A DNA stretch of 32,789 bases from Blastocatellia bacterium (GTDB lineage Bacteria; Acidobacteriota; Blastocatellia; RBC074), in contig DASUFM010000700.1 in the NCBI GenBank assembly GCA_036274535.1, positions 1 to 32,789 of the forward strand. Reading direction: 5' to 3'. Positions within the stretch are counted from its first letter, which is position 1, and every line of letters begins with the position of its first letter. This document shows, one piece after another, positions 1-9,053 of this stretch. A program made the translations under genes and the position numbers. Under the pieces are notes generated by a model. That model was not told the origin of the DNA and ran no database searches. It saw only the letters and a list, made by a program, of their open reading frames with translations.

Positions 1-1
1 G

Positions 2-568
2 CTGCATTTCGAAGGTCACGGCGACAACCTCGCGCCAAGCGCGCTCGGCGGACTGGTCGTCGCCGTCGTCAAGGAATACGCTGATTATTCCGGTAACGAA
101 CGGCGTTCGCTGGTCGCCGTCAAACGCCGCTGGCCGGAAGAAATCAGAATCACGCTTTGCATCCCCGAAATCGAAATGGAAACGGCGAAGATGCGCGCCG
201 TGTTGCCTCGAATGGTCACGCGTCATGACGCGGTCTACAATCTGCAGCGCGCGTCTCTGCTGCAGGCCGCGCTCTCCGAACGCCGCTTCGACCTGCTCAG
301 CGAAGCCTTGCGCGACAGGCTGCATCAGCCTTACCGAGCCCCGCTGGCGCAGGGGCTCGGCGAAGTCTTGAAGTTGAATGACGAAACGGACGCGCATCCC
401 GGACTGCTCGGCGTCGCCATCAGCGGCGCCGGCTCGGCGTTGATCGCTTTTACGACTGGAAGTTGCGACGCGATCGCCGAAACAATGAATGCCCGGATGT
501 CGGCCTGCGGCGTGAGGTCGCGCGCAATGGAAGTCAAAGTCGATAACCGCGGGCGAGTGATGAATTGA
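2..568 (+). CDS. thrB: homoserine kinase, C-terminal part (5' end outside window)
   Basis: Frame 2 is open from base 2. Translation [20 protein letters not shown]...TAKMRAVLP...[14 protein letters not shown] matches GHMP-kinase/ThrB motifs. The ORF-track entry 176..568 is only the part after an internal Met. Confidence 0.8.
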   Translation: MHFEGHGDNLAPSALGGLVVAVVKEYADYSGNERRSLVAVKRRWPEEIRITLCIPEIEMETAKMRAVLPRMVTRHDAVYNLQRASLLQAALSERRFDLLSEALRDRLHQPYRAPLAQGLGEVLKLNDETDAHPGLLGVAISGAGSALIAFTTGSCDAIAETMNARMSACGVRSRAMEVKVDNRGRVMN

Positions 569-588
569 TTACGTGAGAGGCGATAGAA

Positions 589-1479
589 ATGCCGGAACGA
601 TACGAATCATTCGAAGGGGAATCAGGCGAATGGCCGCCAAAGAAGAAACGCGCGAAACCGCGAAAACCTTCTCCTCTAAACGACCTCGACCTGAATGAGT
701 GGCGTGAATATAAAGATATTTTGACGGACTCGCTCTGGCTGATCCCGGAACGGGACAGGTCGGGAACGCACATGGCCGATTATCATGGAAATTTCGTCCC
801 CCAGATCCCGTACCAGGCCATGCGCCGCTTCACCAAAAAGAGAGACGTGGTTCTCGACGCTTTTCTGGGTTCGGGCACTTCACTCATCGAATGCCGGCGG
901 CTCGGCCGTCATGGCGTCGGCGTTGAACTCAAGCCGGAGCTCGCGCGGCGGGCTGATGAACGAATTAAAGGCCAGGGCAATCCTTACGAAATCACCACTC
1001 AGGTCCTGACCGGTGACAGCAGCGATCCTGAAGTCGCCCCGTCCTTAATCGCCGGCGCTCTGAAGAACGTCGGCAGAGAGAGCGCCCAACTCGCAATCCT
1101 TCACCCACCTTATCATTCGATCATCAGGTTTTCCGATCGCGAAGACGACCTTTCGAACTGCCCCAGCGTCGAGGATTTTCTGCGAAGGTTCGGCCGGGCG
1201 GTCGACGTCGTCGACCGCTTTCTTGAAAAAGATCGCTATTTAGTCCTCGTCATCGGCGACATGTACGCCGATAGCGAATGGATACCGCTCGGGTTTTACT
1301 GCATGCAGGAAGTGATGAGGCGCGGTTACAGTTTAAAAAGCCTGGTGGTCAAAGATATGCAGGGCAACCGGGCAAAACGCAATCTTGAAAATATCTGGCG
1401 CTATCGCGCGCTTGCGGGCGGTTTTTATATATTCAAACACGAGTATGTGATGTTTTTGCGGAAGACCGGTAAGTATTAA
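589..1479 (+). CDS. SAM-dependent methyltransferase, DNA methylase N-4/N-6-like, permuted motif order
   Basis: ATG 589 follows GAGAGG. HGNFVPQIPYQAMRRFTKKRDVVLDAFLGSGTSLIECRRLGRHGVGVEL (motif X plus FxGxG SAM motif) lies N-terminal to AILHPPYHSII (xPPY motif IV). The N-terminus is basic (PPKKKRAKPRKP). Gaps to thrB and hisZ are 20 nt and 3 nt. Confidence 0.65.
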   Translation: MPERYESFEGESGEWPPKKKRAKPRKPSPLNDLDLNEWREYKDILTDSLWLIPERDRSGTHMADYHGNFVPQIPYQAMRRFTKKRDVVLDAFLGSGTSLIECRRLGRHGVGVELKPELARRADERIKGQGNPYEITTQVLTGDSSDPEVAPSLIAGALKNVGRESAQLAILHPPYHSIIRFSDREDDLSNCPSVEDFLRRFGRAVDVVDRFLEKDRYLVLVIGDMYADSEWIPLGFYCMQEVMRRGYSLKSLVVKDMQGNRAKRNLENIWRYRALAGGFYIFKHEYVMFLRKTGKY

Positions 1480-1482
1480 GAT

Positions 1483-2607
1483 ATGTCATCTCTCACCAAA
1501 ATCCCGGCAGGCGTACAGTATTTCTTCGACGACGAAGTGAAGCTGCGCCGCTACGTCGAACGGCGGGCGATGGAGGTATTCGCGGGCTGGTCGTATGACG
1601 AGATCATCCTGCCGATGTTCGATTATCACGATCTGTTCGCGCGAGGGATGGGCGAGGAGAAGGCGGAGCGGACTTATCGCTTCGTGGACCGTGACGGCGC
1701 GCTGCTGGCGTTGCGGCCTGAATTGACGACGCTGGTCGCGCGCACGGTGGCGACGCGATTCATCAAACGCGACCGCCCGATCAGGCTCTGCTATTCCGGC
1801 GAGGTTTTTCGTTACGACGAGCCGACCGAACGCGCCGCGCGCGAGTTTCACCAGTTCGGGGTCGAATACATCGGCGAGCCGGACATTATAGCCGACATAG
1901 AAGTCCTGCTGGTGGCGGCGGAAGCCCTGGCGGCGCTCGGTCTGGACGGTTTTCGCATCGCGCTTTCGCACGTCGATTTTTTCAACGGCGTCGCCGGCTC
2001 ACTGAAACTGGACGGCGACAGGCGCTCGCAGTTGCGCGAGATGATCGATCGCCGCAACAGCCTCGCGGTCGAGGAATTCCTGCAAAAGCAGGCGGCGGAG
2101 ATCGAAGAGTCGCGCCGCGCCGACTTCTCCCGCTTGATACAGGTCGCGGGCAAACAGGACGTGATCCGGCGGGCGCGGGAAATACTGAACAGCGAGCGAG
2201 CGCTCGCCGCGGTCGATCATCTGGACAAAATTTATACGACGCTGGATTCGCTGGGGCTCGGAGAGAATTTCGATCTGGATCTGGGTGACACCGGCGGGCT
2301 GGAGTATTACACCGGATTGACGTTCAAAGTGTACGCGCCGGGCTGCGGCGCGGCGATCGGCGGCGGCGGGCGTTACGACAATCTCATCGCCAATTTCGGC
2401 GAGCCTGAGCCGGCGGTCGGGTTCTCGATCGCGCTCGACGGACTGGTCGGAGCAATCGCCGTGAACGATGATAAACTGCAATGGCGGAGCGCGGGCGAAA
2501 TTCAAACGATCTCATTCGCCGGCGATGGCGATAGCCCTGCGCGCGCTTTCGAGCAGGCGCGCCGGATGCGCGCGCAGGGGAATCGGGTAAAGATCAGTGC
2601 CAAATGA
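1483..2607 (+). CDS. hisZ: ATP phosphoribosyltransferase regulatory subunit (HisRS paralogue)
   Basis: Class II aaRS-like motifs are present (LRPELTTLVARTVA, YSGEVFRYDEP, EFHQFGVEYIG). It is 374 aa with no anticodon-binding extension, and it sits directly upstream of and overlapping a short-form hisG. Confidence 0.8.
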   Translation: MSSLTKIPAGVQYFFDDEVKLRRYVERRAMEVFAGWSYDEIILPMFDYHDLFARGMGEEKAERTYRFVDRDGALLALRPELTTLVARTVATRFIKRDRPIRLCYSGEVFRYDEPTERAAREFHQFGVEYIGEPDIIADIEVLLVAAEALAALGLDGFRIALSHVDFFNGVAGSLKLDGDRRSQLREMIDRRNSLAVEEFLQKQAAEIEESRRADFSRLIQVAGKQDVIRRAREILNSERALAAVDHLDKIYTTLDSLGLGENFDLDLGDTGGLEYYTGLTFKVYAPGCGAAIGGGGRYDNLIANFGEPEPAVGFSIALDGLVGAIAVNDDKLQWRSAGEIQTISFAGDGDSPARAFEQARRMRAQGNRVKISAK

Positions 2608-3235
2608 CAGGCTGACAATTGCGCTTTCCAAGGGCCGGATGCAGGACGCCGCGCTGGCGCTCTTCGCGCGCGCCGGCGTCGTCGTCTCCGAAAGCGAATT
2701 GAACTCGCGTAAACTGGTCATAGACTCGACCGACGGCCAATACAGCTTCGTCCTGGTCAAACCCGGAGACGTGCCGACTTACGTCGAGTACGGAGTGGCC
2801 GACGCGGGCGTTTGCGGGCGCGACGTGCTGATGGAATCGCGCGCCGACGTCAACGAACCGCTCGACCTGAAATTCGGCCGGTGCAGGATCGCGGTCGCGG
2901 GCAAGCGCGAAGTCCTGGGCGAGGATTACAACCTGCTGGCTACTGTTCGAGTGGGAACGAAATATCCGCGCATCGCCACCGATTACTTTCACGCGAAAGG
3001 CGTGCCGATCGAGGTGATCGCGCTGTCCGGTTCAGTCGAACTGGCGCCGCTGCTGGGACTGTCCGACCGCATCGTCGATCTGGTCGAAACCGGGCAGACG
3101 CTCAAAGAGAACGGCCTCGAAGTGATCGACGTGATAACCGAATCGACCGCGCGACTGATAGTCAATCGCGCGAGCTTTCACCTGAAACGCGTCGAAGTGG
3201 GCGCGCTGATCGCTAAATTGACCGACGTTTTATGA
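2597..3235 (+). CDS. hisG: ATP phosphoribosyltransferase, short form
   Basis: 212 aa, beginning LTIALSKGRM... and lacking a C-terminal regulatory domain. GTG start at 2597 overlaps the hisZ stop. Its stop overlaps the hisD ATG (ATGA). Confidence 0.9.
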   Translation: MPNDRLTIALSKGRMQDAALALFARAGVVVSESELNSRKLVIDSTDGQYSFVLVKPGDVPTYVEYGVADAGVCGRDVLMESRADVNEPLDLKFGRCRIAVAGKREVLGEDYNLLATVRVGTKYPRIATDYFHAKGVPIEVIALSGSVELAPLLGLSDRIVDLVETGQTLKENGLEVIDVITESTARLIVNRASFHLKRVEVGALIAKLTDVL

Positions 3236-4527
3236 TCGAAATCCTGAAGTTGAGTGATTCTCGAATAGAAGAGAGTCCGAAGCTGAAAAAAATCCTGAGC
3301 CGCGGCGTCGGCCTGAACAATGAGATTCTGGCCCGTACGGACGCCATCATCAGCGAAATCCGAGAACGCGGCGACGCCGCGCTGGTCGAATTCACAGAAC
3401 GTTTCGACGGCGTGAAGCTTTCGCCGGAAACGCTGCGCGCGGATCGCCGGACCATCGAGGAACTGGCCGCGCAGGTCGACGACGATCTGATCGCCGCAAT
3501 GCGCGAGGCGATCGCCAACATCCGCCATTACCACGAGCGCCAGTTGACGCATGATTGGGAGATCGAGCGCGAAAACGGCGTGCGCCTGGGCCAGCGCGTG
3601 CGCCCGCTCGAAATCGTCGGGCTCTACGTTCCCGGAGGCAGCGCGGCCTATCCTTCGACCGTGATGATGAACGCGGTTCCGGCTCAGGTCGCGGGCGTGA
3701 GGCGAATAGTCGTCGTCACTCCTCCCGCTCAATTCAAGCAGAACCCGGTGATCGCGGCGACGCTGAAGGAATTGAATCTGTTCGAGGTCTACACCGTTGG
3801 CGGCGCGCAGGCCGTGGCGGCGCTGGCATACGGCGCCGGGGCGATCCCGCGCGTGGACAAGATCGTCGGCCCGGGCAATCAATACGTCGCGGCCGCCAAG
3901 AAACTCGTCTACGGCGCCGTCGACATCGATTCCATCGCCGGGCCGAGCGAGATCGTGGTCATCGCCGACGATACGGCCCGCGCCGATTTCGTCGCCGCCG
4001 ACATGCTGTCGCAGGCCGAACATTCCGAAGACGCCGCGGCGATACTGATCACGCCGAGCCAAAAATTGGCCGAAGCCGTGCGCGAGGAGATTATCAAACA
4101 GACTCGAACTCTCTCGCGCCGCGAGATAGTAGAACGCTCGCTCGCCGATTTCGGCGCGCTGATCGTGGTCGAATCGCTGGCCGCCGCGTGCGCGCTCGCC
4201 GACCGAATCGCGCCCGAACACGTGGAGGTCATCACCGAAGACGACGAAGGCGCCGCCGCCAAAATCAACCACGCGGGCGCGATCTTCATCGGGGCGTATT
4301 CGCCGGAGCCGGTGGGCGATTATTTCGCAGGAACGAACCACGTACTGCCGACGGGGGGCGCGGCGCGCTTCTCTTCGGCTCTGGGCGTATATGATTTTTT
4401 GAAACGCACGAGCGTCATCCGCTACACTCGTGAAGAATTGACGCGCACGGCGCCATCAATTGAAAGACTGGCGCTGGCCGAAGGATTCGAGGCCCACGCG
4501 CGTTCAGCGACTATCAGATATGAGTAA
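3232..4527 (+). CDS. hisD: histidinol dehydrogenase
   Basis: 431 aa with typical HisD blocks (GLYVPGGSAAYPSTVMM, IAGPSEIVVIAD, QAEHSEDA, GDYFAGTNHVLPT). Confidence 0.95.
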   Translation: MIEILKLSDSRIEESPKLKKILSRGVGLNNEILARTDAIISEIRERGDAALVEFTERFDGVKLSPETLRADRRTIEELAAQVDDDLIAAMREAIANIRHYHERQLTHDWEIERENGVRLGQRVRPLEIVGLYVPGGSAAYPSTVMMNAVPAQVAGVRRIVVVTPPAQFKQNPVIAATLKELNLFEVYTVGGAQAVAALAYGAGAIPRVDKIVGPGNQYVAAAKKLVYGAVDIDSIAGPSEIVVIADDTARADFVAADMLSQAEHSEDAAAILITPSQKLAEAVREEIIKQTRTLSRREIVERSLADFGALIVVESLAAACALADRIAPEHVEVITEDDEGAAAKINHAGAIFIGAYSPEPVGDYFAGTNHVLPTGGAARFSSALGVYDFLKRTSVIRYTREELTRTAPSIERLALAEGFEAHARSATIRYE

Positions 4528-4599
4528 CCCAAACCGCACGACTGCGACGGCGAAAACGCGACCCTCGCAAGGTTCAGGGGAGTAGAGGCCGTAATTTCC

Positions 4600-5663
4600 A
4601 TGATTTCACCAATCGACAAAATCAAGCCCAACGTCCGCGCGATCGCCGCATACACGCTTGCGCCGCTCGAAGCGCCGATCAAGATCAATCAGAACGAAAA
4701 CCCCTTTGGGATGCCCCGCGAGATCAAAGAGGAAGTCCTGCGCCGCGTGATGAAGCGCGATTGGGCTCGCTATCCGGATTTCGTCCCCGCGTCGCTGCTC
4801 AAAAAGCTCGCCAAATACGCTGGATGGCGGGATGACGGAGTGATGGCCGGCAACGGGTCGAACGAGATGATTCAATCCGTCGTCAATTCAATCGTCGAAA
4901 AAGGCGTGCGCGTGGTCCTGCCTGAACCGACGTTTTCCGTTTACCAGCAGGTCGTTAACGTGGCCGGCGGCGAAATCATATCAGTGCCTCTCAACGAAGA
5001 CCTGACATTCAACTTCCCGCGACTGGCCAGTAAGACCGTCACGTCCAAAGCCGGGCTGACTATCATCTGTTCGCCGAACAATCCGACCGGCTGCGTGATC
5101 GGCGCGCGTGACCTGGCTACGATAGCTCGCAACAGCGATGGGATCGTCGTCGTCGATCAGGCCTATCTGGAGGTCGGGGGAGAAAATTTTCTCCCGCTGC
5201 TCAAGGAATATAAGAACCTGGTCATCCTGCGCACTTTCTCAAAAGCGATGGCGATGGGCGGGCTTCGCGTCGGTTACTGCCTGGCCGCGCCGGAGCTGAT
5301 CCGCGAATTCAACAAGGCGAAGATGCCTTACAGCCTGAATTTCTTTTCGATGACGGCGGCCGAGGTCGCGCTCGAAAACCTGCATCTGTTACGGCCGCTG
5401 GTCGAGAAGATGCAGAAAGAGCGCGATCGCCTTTTCGTCGAGTTGGGGAAAATCAAGGGGCTTGCGCCGGTTCCGTCGGCGGGGAATTTCTTCTGCGTGA
5501 AAACGGCGATTTCTCCGAAGGAATTGTTCGAATCATTGCACGCCCGCGGCATTCTGATTCGCGACATCAGCAAAGCGCCGATGCTCTCTGAATACGTTCG
5601 CATCAGCGTCGGCGCGCCGGAAGAGAACGACAAATTAATAGCCGCATTGAAGGAAATATTCGC

Positions 5664-5667
<4 letters not shown>
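4600..5667 (+). CDS. hisC: histidinol-phosphate aminotransferase
   Basis: 355 aa class-II aminotransferase ([31 protein letters not shown] with the PLP lysine). Located within the his block. Confidence 0.9.
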
Positions 5668-6247
<580 letters not shown>

Positions 6248-6251
<4 letters not shown>

Positions 6252-6853
6252 TGAGTATTGCGATTATCGATTATGGCGTGGGCAATCTGCGCAGTGTAGA
6301 AAAAGCTTTCACCTCGCAGGGCATCGAGGCCACAGTGACGCGCGACGAGAAAGTCCTGCGCAAGGCCGATAAGCTGGTCATGCTCGGCGTCGGCGCTTTC
6401 GGATATGCGATGGAGAGTCTGCGCAAGCTGGGCTTCGACGAGCTTGTGATCGAGGCGGCGGGCGCAGGCAAACCGGTCATAGGGCTTTGCGTAGGATTGC
6501 AGATGATGTTCGAAGAAGGCCGGGAATTCGGTTCGCATCGCGGGCTGGGTTTGCTGCCGGGTCGCGTAGTCAAATTTCCCGACAATGTGCGCATTCCGCA
6601 CGTCGGCTGGAATCAGGTCGAATTCAAACAGAGCCATCCGATCTTCCGCGATCTGGCCGATCATTCGTTCTTTTACTTCGTTCACTCCTACTATGTCGAA
6701 CCGGACGATCCGTCATGCGTGATGGGCGAAACTGAATATGGGCGTCGCTTCGCCTCTATCTGCGGGCGGGACAATATCATCGGCGTGCAATTCCATCCCG
6801 AAAAGAGCCAGGCCGCCGGGTTGAAGCTGTTGAACAACTTCGCTCAAATGTAA
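6248..6853 (+). CDS. hisH: imidazole glycerol phosphate synthase, glutamine amidotransferase subunit
   Basis: [23 protein letters not shown] (Cys nucleophile), HSYY and FHPEKS. Start is GTG 6248 or the adjacent ATG 6251, overlapping the hisB stop. Confidence 0.9.
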
Positions 6854-6854
6854 A

Positions 6855-6885
6855 ATGGTGGGACAATTTGCCTGTGTCCCACCAT
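6855..6885. terminator. perfect 11-bp stem hairpin between the convergent hisH and Ala/Pro/Lys-rich genes
   Basis: ATGGTGGGACA (6855-6865), 9-nt loop, TGTCCCACCAT (6875-6885). It starts 2 nt after the hisH stop. The U-rich tail is only partial and is better on the minus strand (ATTTTACATTT). Confidence 0.5.
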
Positions 6886-6915
6886 CGATCTCAAACCGAT
6901 TTATCAACGCTTTCA

Positions 6916-7470
6916 CTATTTTGATTTCTTCTTGCCCTTGGGTTTGCCTTCCTTTTCCTTGGACTTTCCATCTTCGCCCGAGGCCGCATCGCCAGTTGTA
7001 CCTTCTTCTTTGGGTTCTTTAGCCTTGTCTTTCGACTTGCCCTTAGCCTTGCTCTTGCCCTTAGCCGGAGCGGGGGCAGGTTCCGCGGCGGGGGCGGGAG
7101 CCGCGTCAGATGTGGCGGCCGGAGCCGGAGCCGGAGCATCAGTAGGGGCGGCGGCGGGAGCGGCGCCTTCGGCTTCCTTAGCCTTTGGCTTAGCCTTTGG
7201 CTTGGCTTTGCTCTTGCCTTTGTCCTTGGCTTTGCTTTCGTCAGCAGTGGCTACCGTGTCAGCAGGCGCGGTGGCTGGAGCCGTGGCTGCGCTCTCGTCT
7301 TTTTTGGCCTTGCTCTTCTTGGCTTTGGCTTTTGGTTTCGCTTCTTTTGCTTCGGGGGTGGCCGTTGCTGGAGCGGGCGCGGCGGCTGGGGCCTGCGCGG
7401 CCTGAGCGAAAGAGGCGGCGGTCAGCAATCCTGCCAATGCAATCGCAACGACAAGCTTCTTGGTGTTCAT
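6916..7470 (-). CDS. secreted Ala/Pro/Lys-rich low-complexity protein
   Basis: I chose the internal ATG at 7470 (GGAGAAAATC upstream). It gives the signal peptide MNTKKLVVAIALAGLLTAASFAQA, followed by three alternating AP-rich and K-rich (KSKAKPKAKPKAKE, KGKSKAKGKSKDKAKE) modules. Confidence 0.7.
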   Translation of the reverse strand: MNTKKLVVAIALAGLLTAASFAQAAQAPAAAPAPATATPEAKEAKPKAKAKKSKAKKDESAATAPATAPADTVATADESKAKDKGKSKAKPKAKPKAKEAEGAAPAAAPTDAPAPAPAATSDAAPAPAAEPAPAPAKGKSKAKGKSKDKAKEPKEEGTTGDAASGEDGKSKEKEGKPKGKKKSK

Positions 7471-7526
7471 GATTTTCTCCTTTAGTGAAACCTGTTTGAG
7501 TTTCCAGTTGAAGGTAGCGGCAGAGG

Positions 7527-7554
7527 ATATTACAAGCGCCAACCTCACTCGCAA
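7527..7554 (-). promoter_or_regulatory. candidate sigma70-type promoter for the Ala/Pro/Lys-rich gene
   Basis: The minus strand reads TTGCGA-N16-TAATAT, about 58 nt upstream of the ATG at 7470. Sequence match only. Confidence 0.25.
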
Positions 7555-7663
7555 GTCGGACGCCCGAATTGCATGCGGATAGCCGTGGAAACTCCGTCTA
7601 TAATACTTTGCGATGTGATCTTTTCCTAGTCCTTAAGGAAACTTTACACAGGTCATTTCAGGA

Positions 7664-8971
7664 TCAAATCAGCCCCTTGAAGTTGGAAGCGCTAATCTTG
7701 TAGCCGGGGAAGATAGCGTTGAGATCAGTTGCGCCGAGATGATTCTTCGCGATTTCCGCGAAAACATCGCGAAAATCCGTTGTGACCGCCAGGTCGCGGC
7801 CTTCGTTAAGCTGATGACTCTTGAGACCGGGCCATTTGCCGTAGACCTTGCCTCCTTTGACCGCGCGGCCTAAAGCGAAAATCACGCTGGCGTGACCATG
7901 ATCGGTGCCGCGATTGCCGTTTTCGCGCGCGGTGCGGCCGAATTCGGTCATCGTCAGGATCACCACGTCATCGGCGTATTCTTTCAGATCGGCATGAAGC
8001 GCCGATAAACCTCCGGCAAACTCCGCCAAGCGCGCAGCGAGTTGGCCCTGAGATGAACCTTGATTGGCGTGTGTATCCCATCCGCCGCTATCTGTGAAAG
8101 CGATCTCCAGGCCGATGCCCGATTTGATCAACTGCGCGACCTGGCGCAGGCGATTGCCGAAAGGCCCGCGAGGATAGGTGGCGTCGGGCGACGGCTTGTA
8201 TTGAGCCGGATTGGCGCTTTTGAGCAGTTTTATAGCCTCGAAGGTTTCCTTGCCCGCGTCTCGCAGCGCGTCATTGACTGTCTGCGCGTACATCGCTTCA
8301 AACCCACCCTGCACGGCCTGCCCCGTCGCGCCGCCTGCGCGAAGTGTGAACTCGTTGATGCTGTTCATGGCGATGGTCGAAGCCTTGCCCTGCATGACGC
8401 GCGGCAGAGTCGGTCCCATCGCCACGCCACGGACCGGCGAGGTTTCCGCGCCGCCCCCGGATTTCAAGCTGGATTGCAGGTAGCGGTTGAGCCAGCCGTC
8501 GGTAGTGCTCTTTACGCCGGGCGTGGCCGATTCCATGTAATCCTGAGCGTCGAAGTGTGACCGTGTGCTGTCAGGCGAGCCCGCGGCATGAATGATCGCG
8601 AGTTGGCCAGAATCGTAGATTGGTTTGAACGGCGCAAGAGCAGGATGAAGAGCGAAAAAGCCGTCGAGATCGATCCCCGGGGCCTGGTTCGGTTGCAATC
8701 CTCCAGCGCCGGCGCTGACGGCGCCGGGTCGCGGGATCGCGATCGCTGAACGCAGATTGTAATATTCCTGTTCACCATATGGTATAACCGCGCTCAACCC
8801 GTCCATCGCGCCACGTTGAAAGACGGCTATCAAAATCTTTCTGCGTCCTTTCCCGTTCGTTTGAGCCAGCGCGCGCGTCAGAAAGGATGGCGCCATCGTC
8901 GCGGCGCTCATACTGGCCAGCGCAACGGCGCTGTTTTTCAGGAAAAATCTTCTGTCCATGATAATGTCCAT
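7664..8971 (-). CDS. DUF1501 domain protein (sulfatase-like fold, Tat signal)
   Basis: Start ATG 8971 with GGAGG 5 nt upstream. Twin-arginine signal DRRFFLKNSAVALASM. Hallmarks DSGGWDTHANQ and TEFGRTARENGNRGTDHG. Confidence 0.85.
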   Translation of the reverse strand: MDIIMDRRFFLKNSAVALASMSAATMAPSFLTRALAQTNGKGRRKILIAVFQRGAMDGLSAVIPYGEQEYYNLRSAIAIPRPGAVSAGAGGLQPNQAPGIDLDGFFALHPALAPFKPIYDSGQLAIIHAAGSPDSTRSHFDAQDYMESATPGVKSTTDGWLNRYLQSSLKSGGGAETSPVRGVAMGPTLPRVMQGKASTIAMNSINEFTLRAGGATGQAVQGGFEAMYAQTVNDALRDAGKETFEAIKLLKSANPAQYKPSPDATYPRGPFGNRLRQVAQLIKSGIGLEIAFTDSGGWDTHANQGSSQGQLAARLAEFAGGLSALHADLKEYADDVVILTMTEFGRTARENGNRGTDHGHASVIFALGRAVKGGKVYGKWPGLKSHQLNEGRDLAVTTDFRDVFAEIAKNHLGATDLNAIFPGYKISASNFKGLI

Positions 8972-8988
8972 GATAACCTCCGGCGGTT

Positions 8989-9047
8989 GGTGGTTAGTGG
9001 TTGGTGGTTGGCCGAAACCGGCGACCAATCGCCAATCACTAACCACC
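8989..9047 (-). repeat. intercistronic imperfect palindrome between the DUF1800 and DUF1501 genes
   Basis: Outer arms GGTGGTTAGTG (8989-8999) and CACTAACCACC (9037-9047) are perfect. Inner TGGT-rich arms pair imperfectly. It lies 6 nt after the DUF1800 stop and 17 nt before the DUF1501 ATG. Confidence 0.85.
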
Positions 9048-9053
9048 ATCTTT

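Noticed and set aside
3178-4341. 387-aa minus-strand ORF antisense to hisD. There are similar long shadows elsewhere: 3555-4394 (+, Arg-rich), 5328-6149 (-), 1999-2505 (-), 17845-18399 (+), 16996-17712 (+), 27487-28098 (+), 27569-28297 (-) and 28645-29277 (+).
   Set aside because: These overlap genes with unmistakable family motifs. They have Arg/Ala/Gly-rich low-information composition typical of off-frame ORFs in high-GC DNA, and no RBS or recognisable domains.
4528-4599. The 72-nt hisD-hisC gap as an attenuator or internal regulatory RNA.
   Set aside because: There is no convincing stem-loop or T-run, only a purine-rich SD region. It is an ordinary intercistronic spacer.
6932-7405. 157-aa plus-strand Ala/Gly/Leu-rich ORF opposite the Ala/Pro/Lys-rich gene.
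   Set aside because: It is a mirror image of a low-complexity gene. Only the minus-strand frame has an RBS plus a signal peptide.
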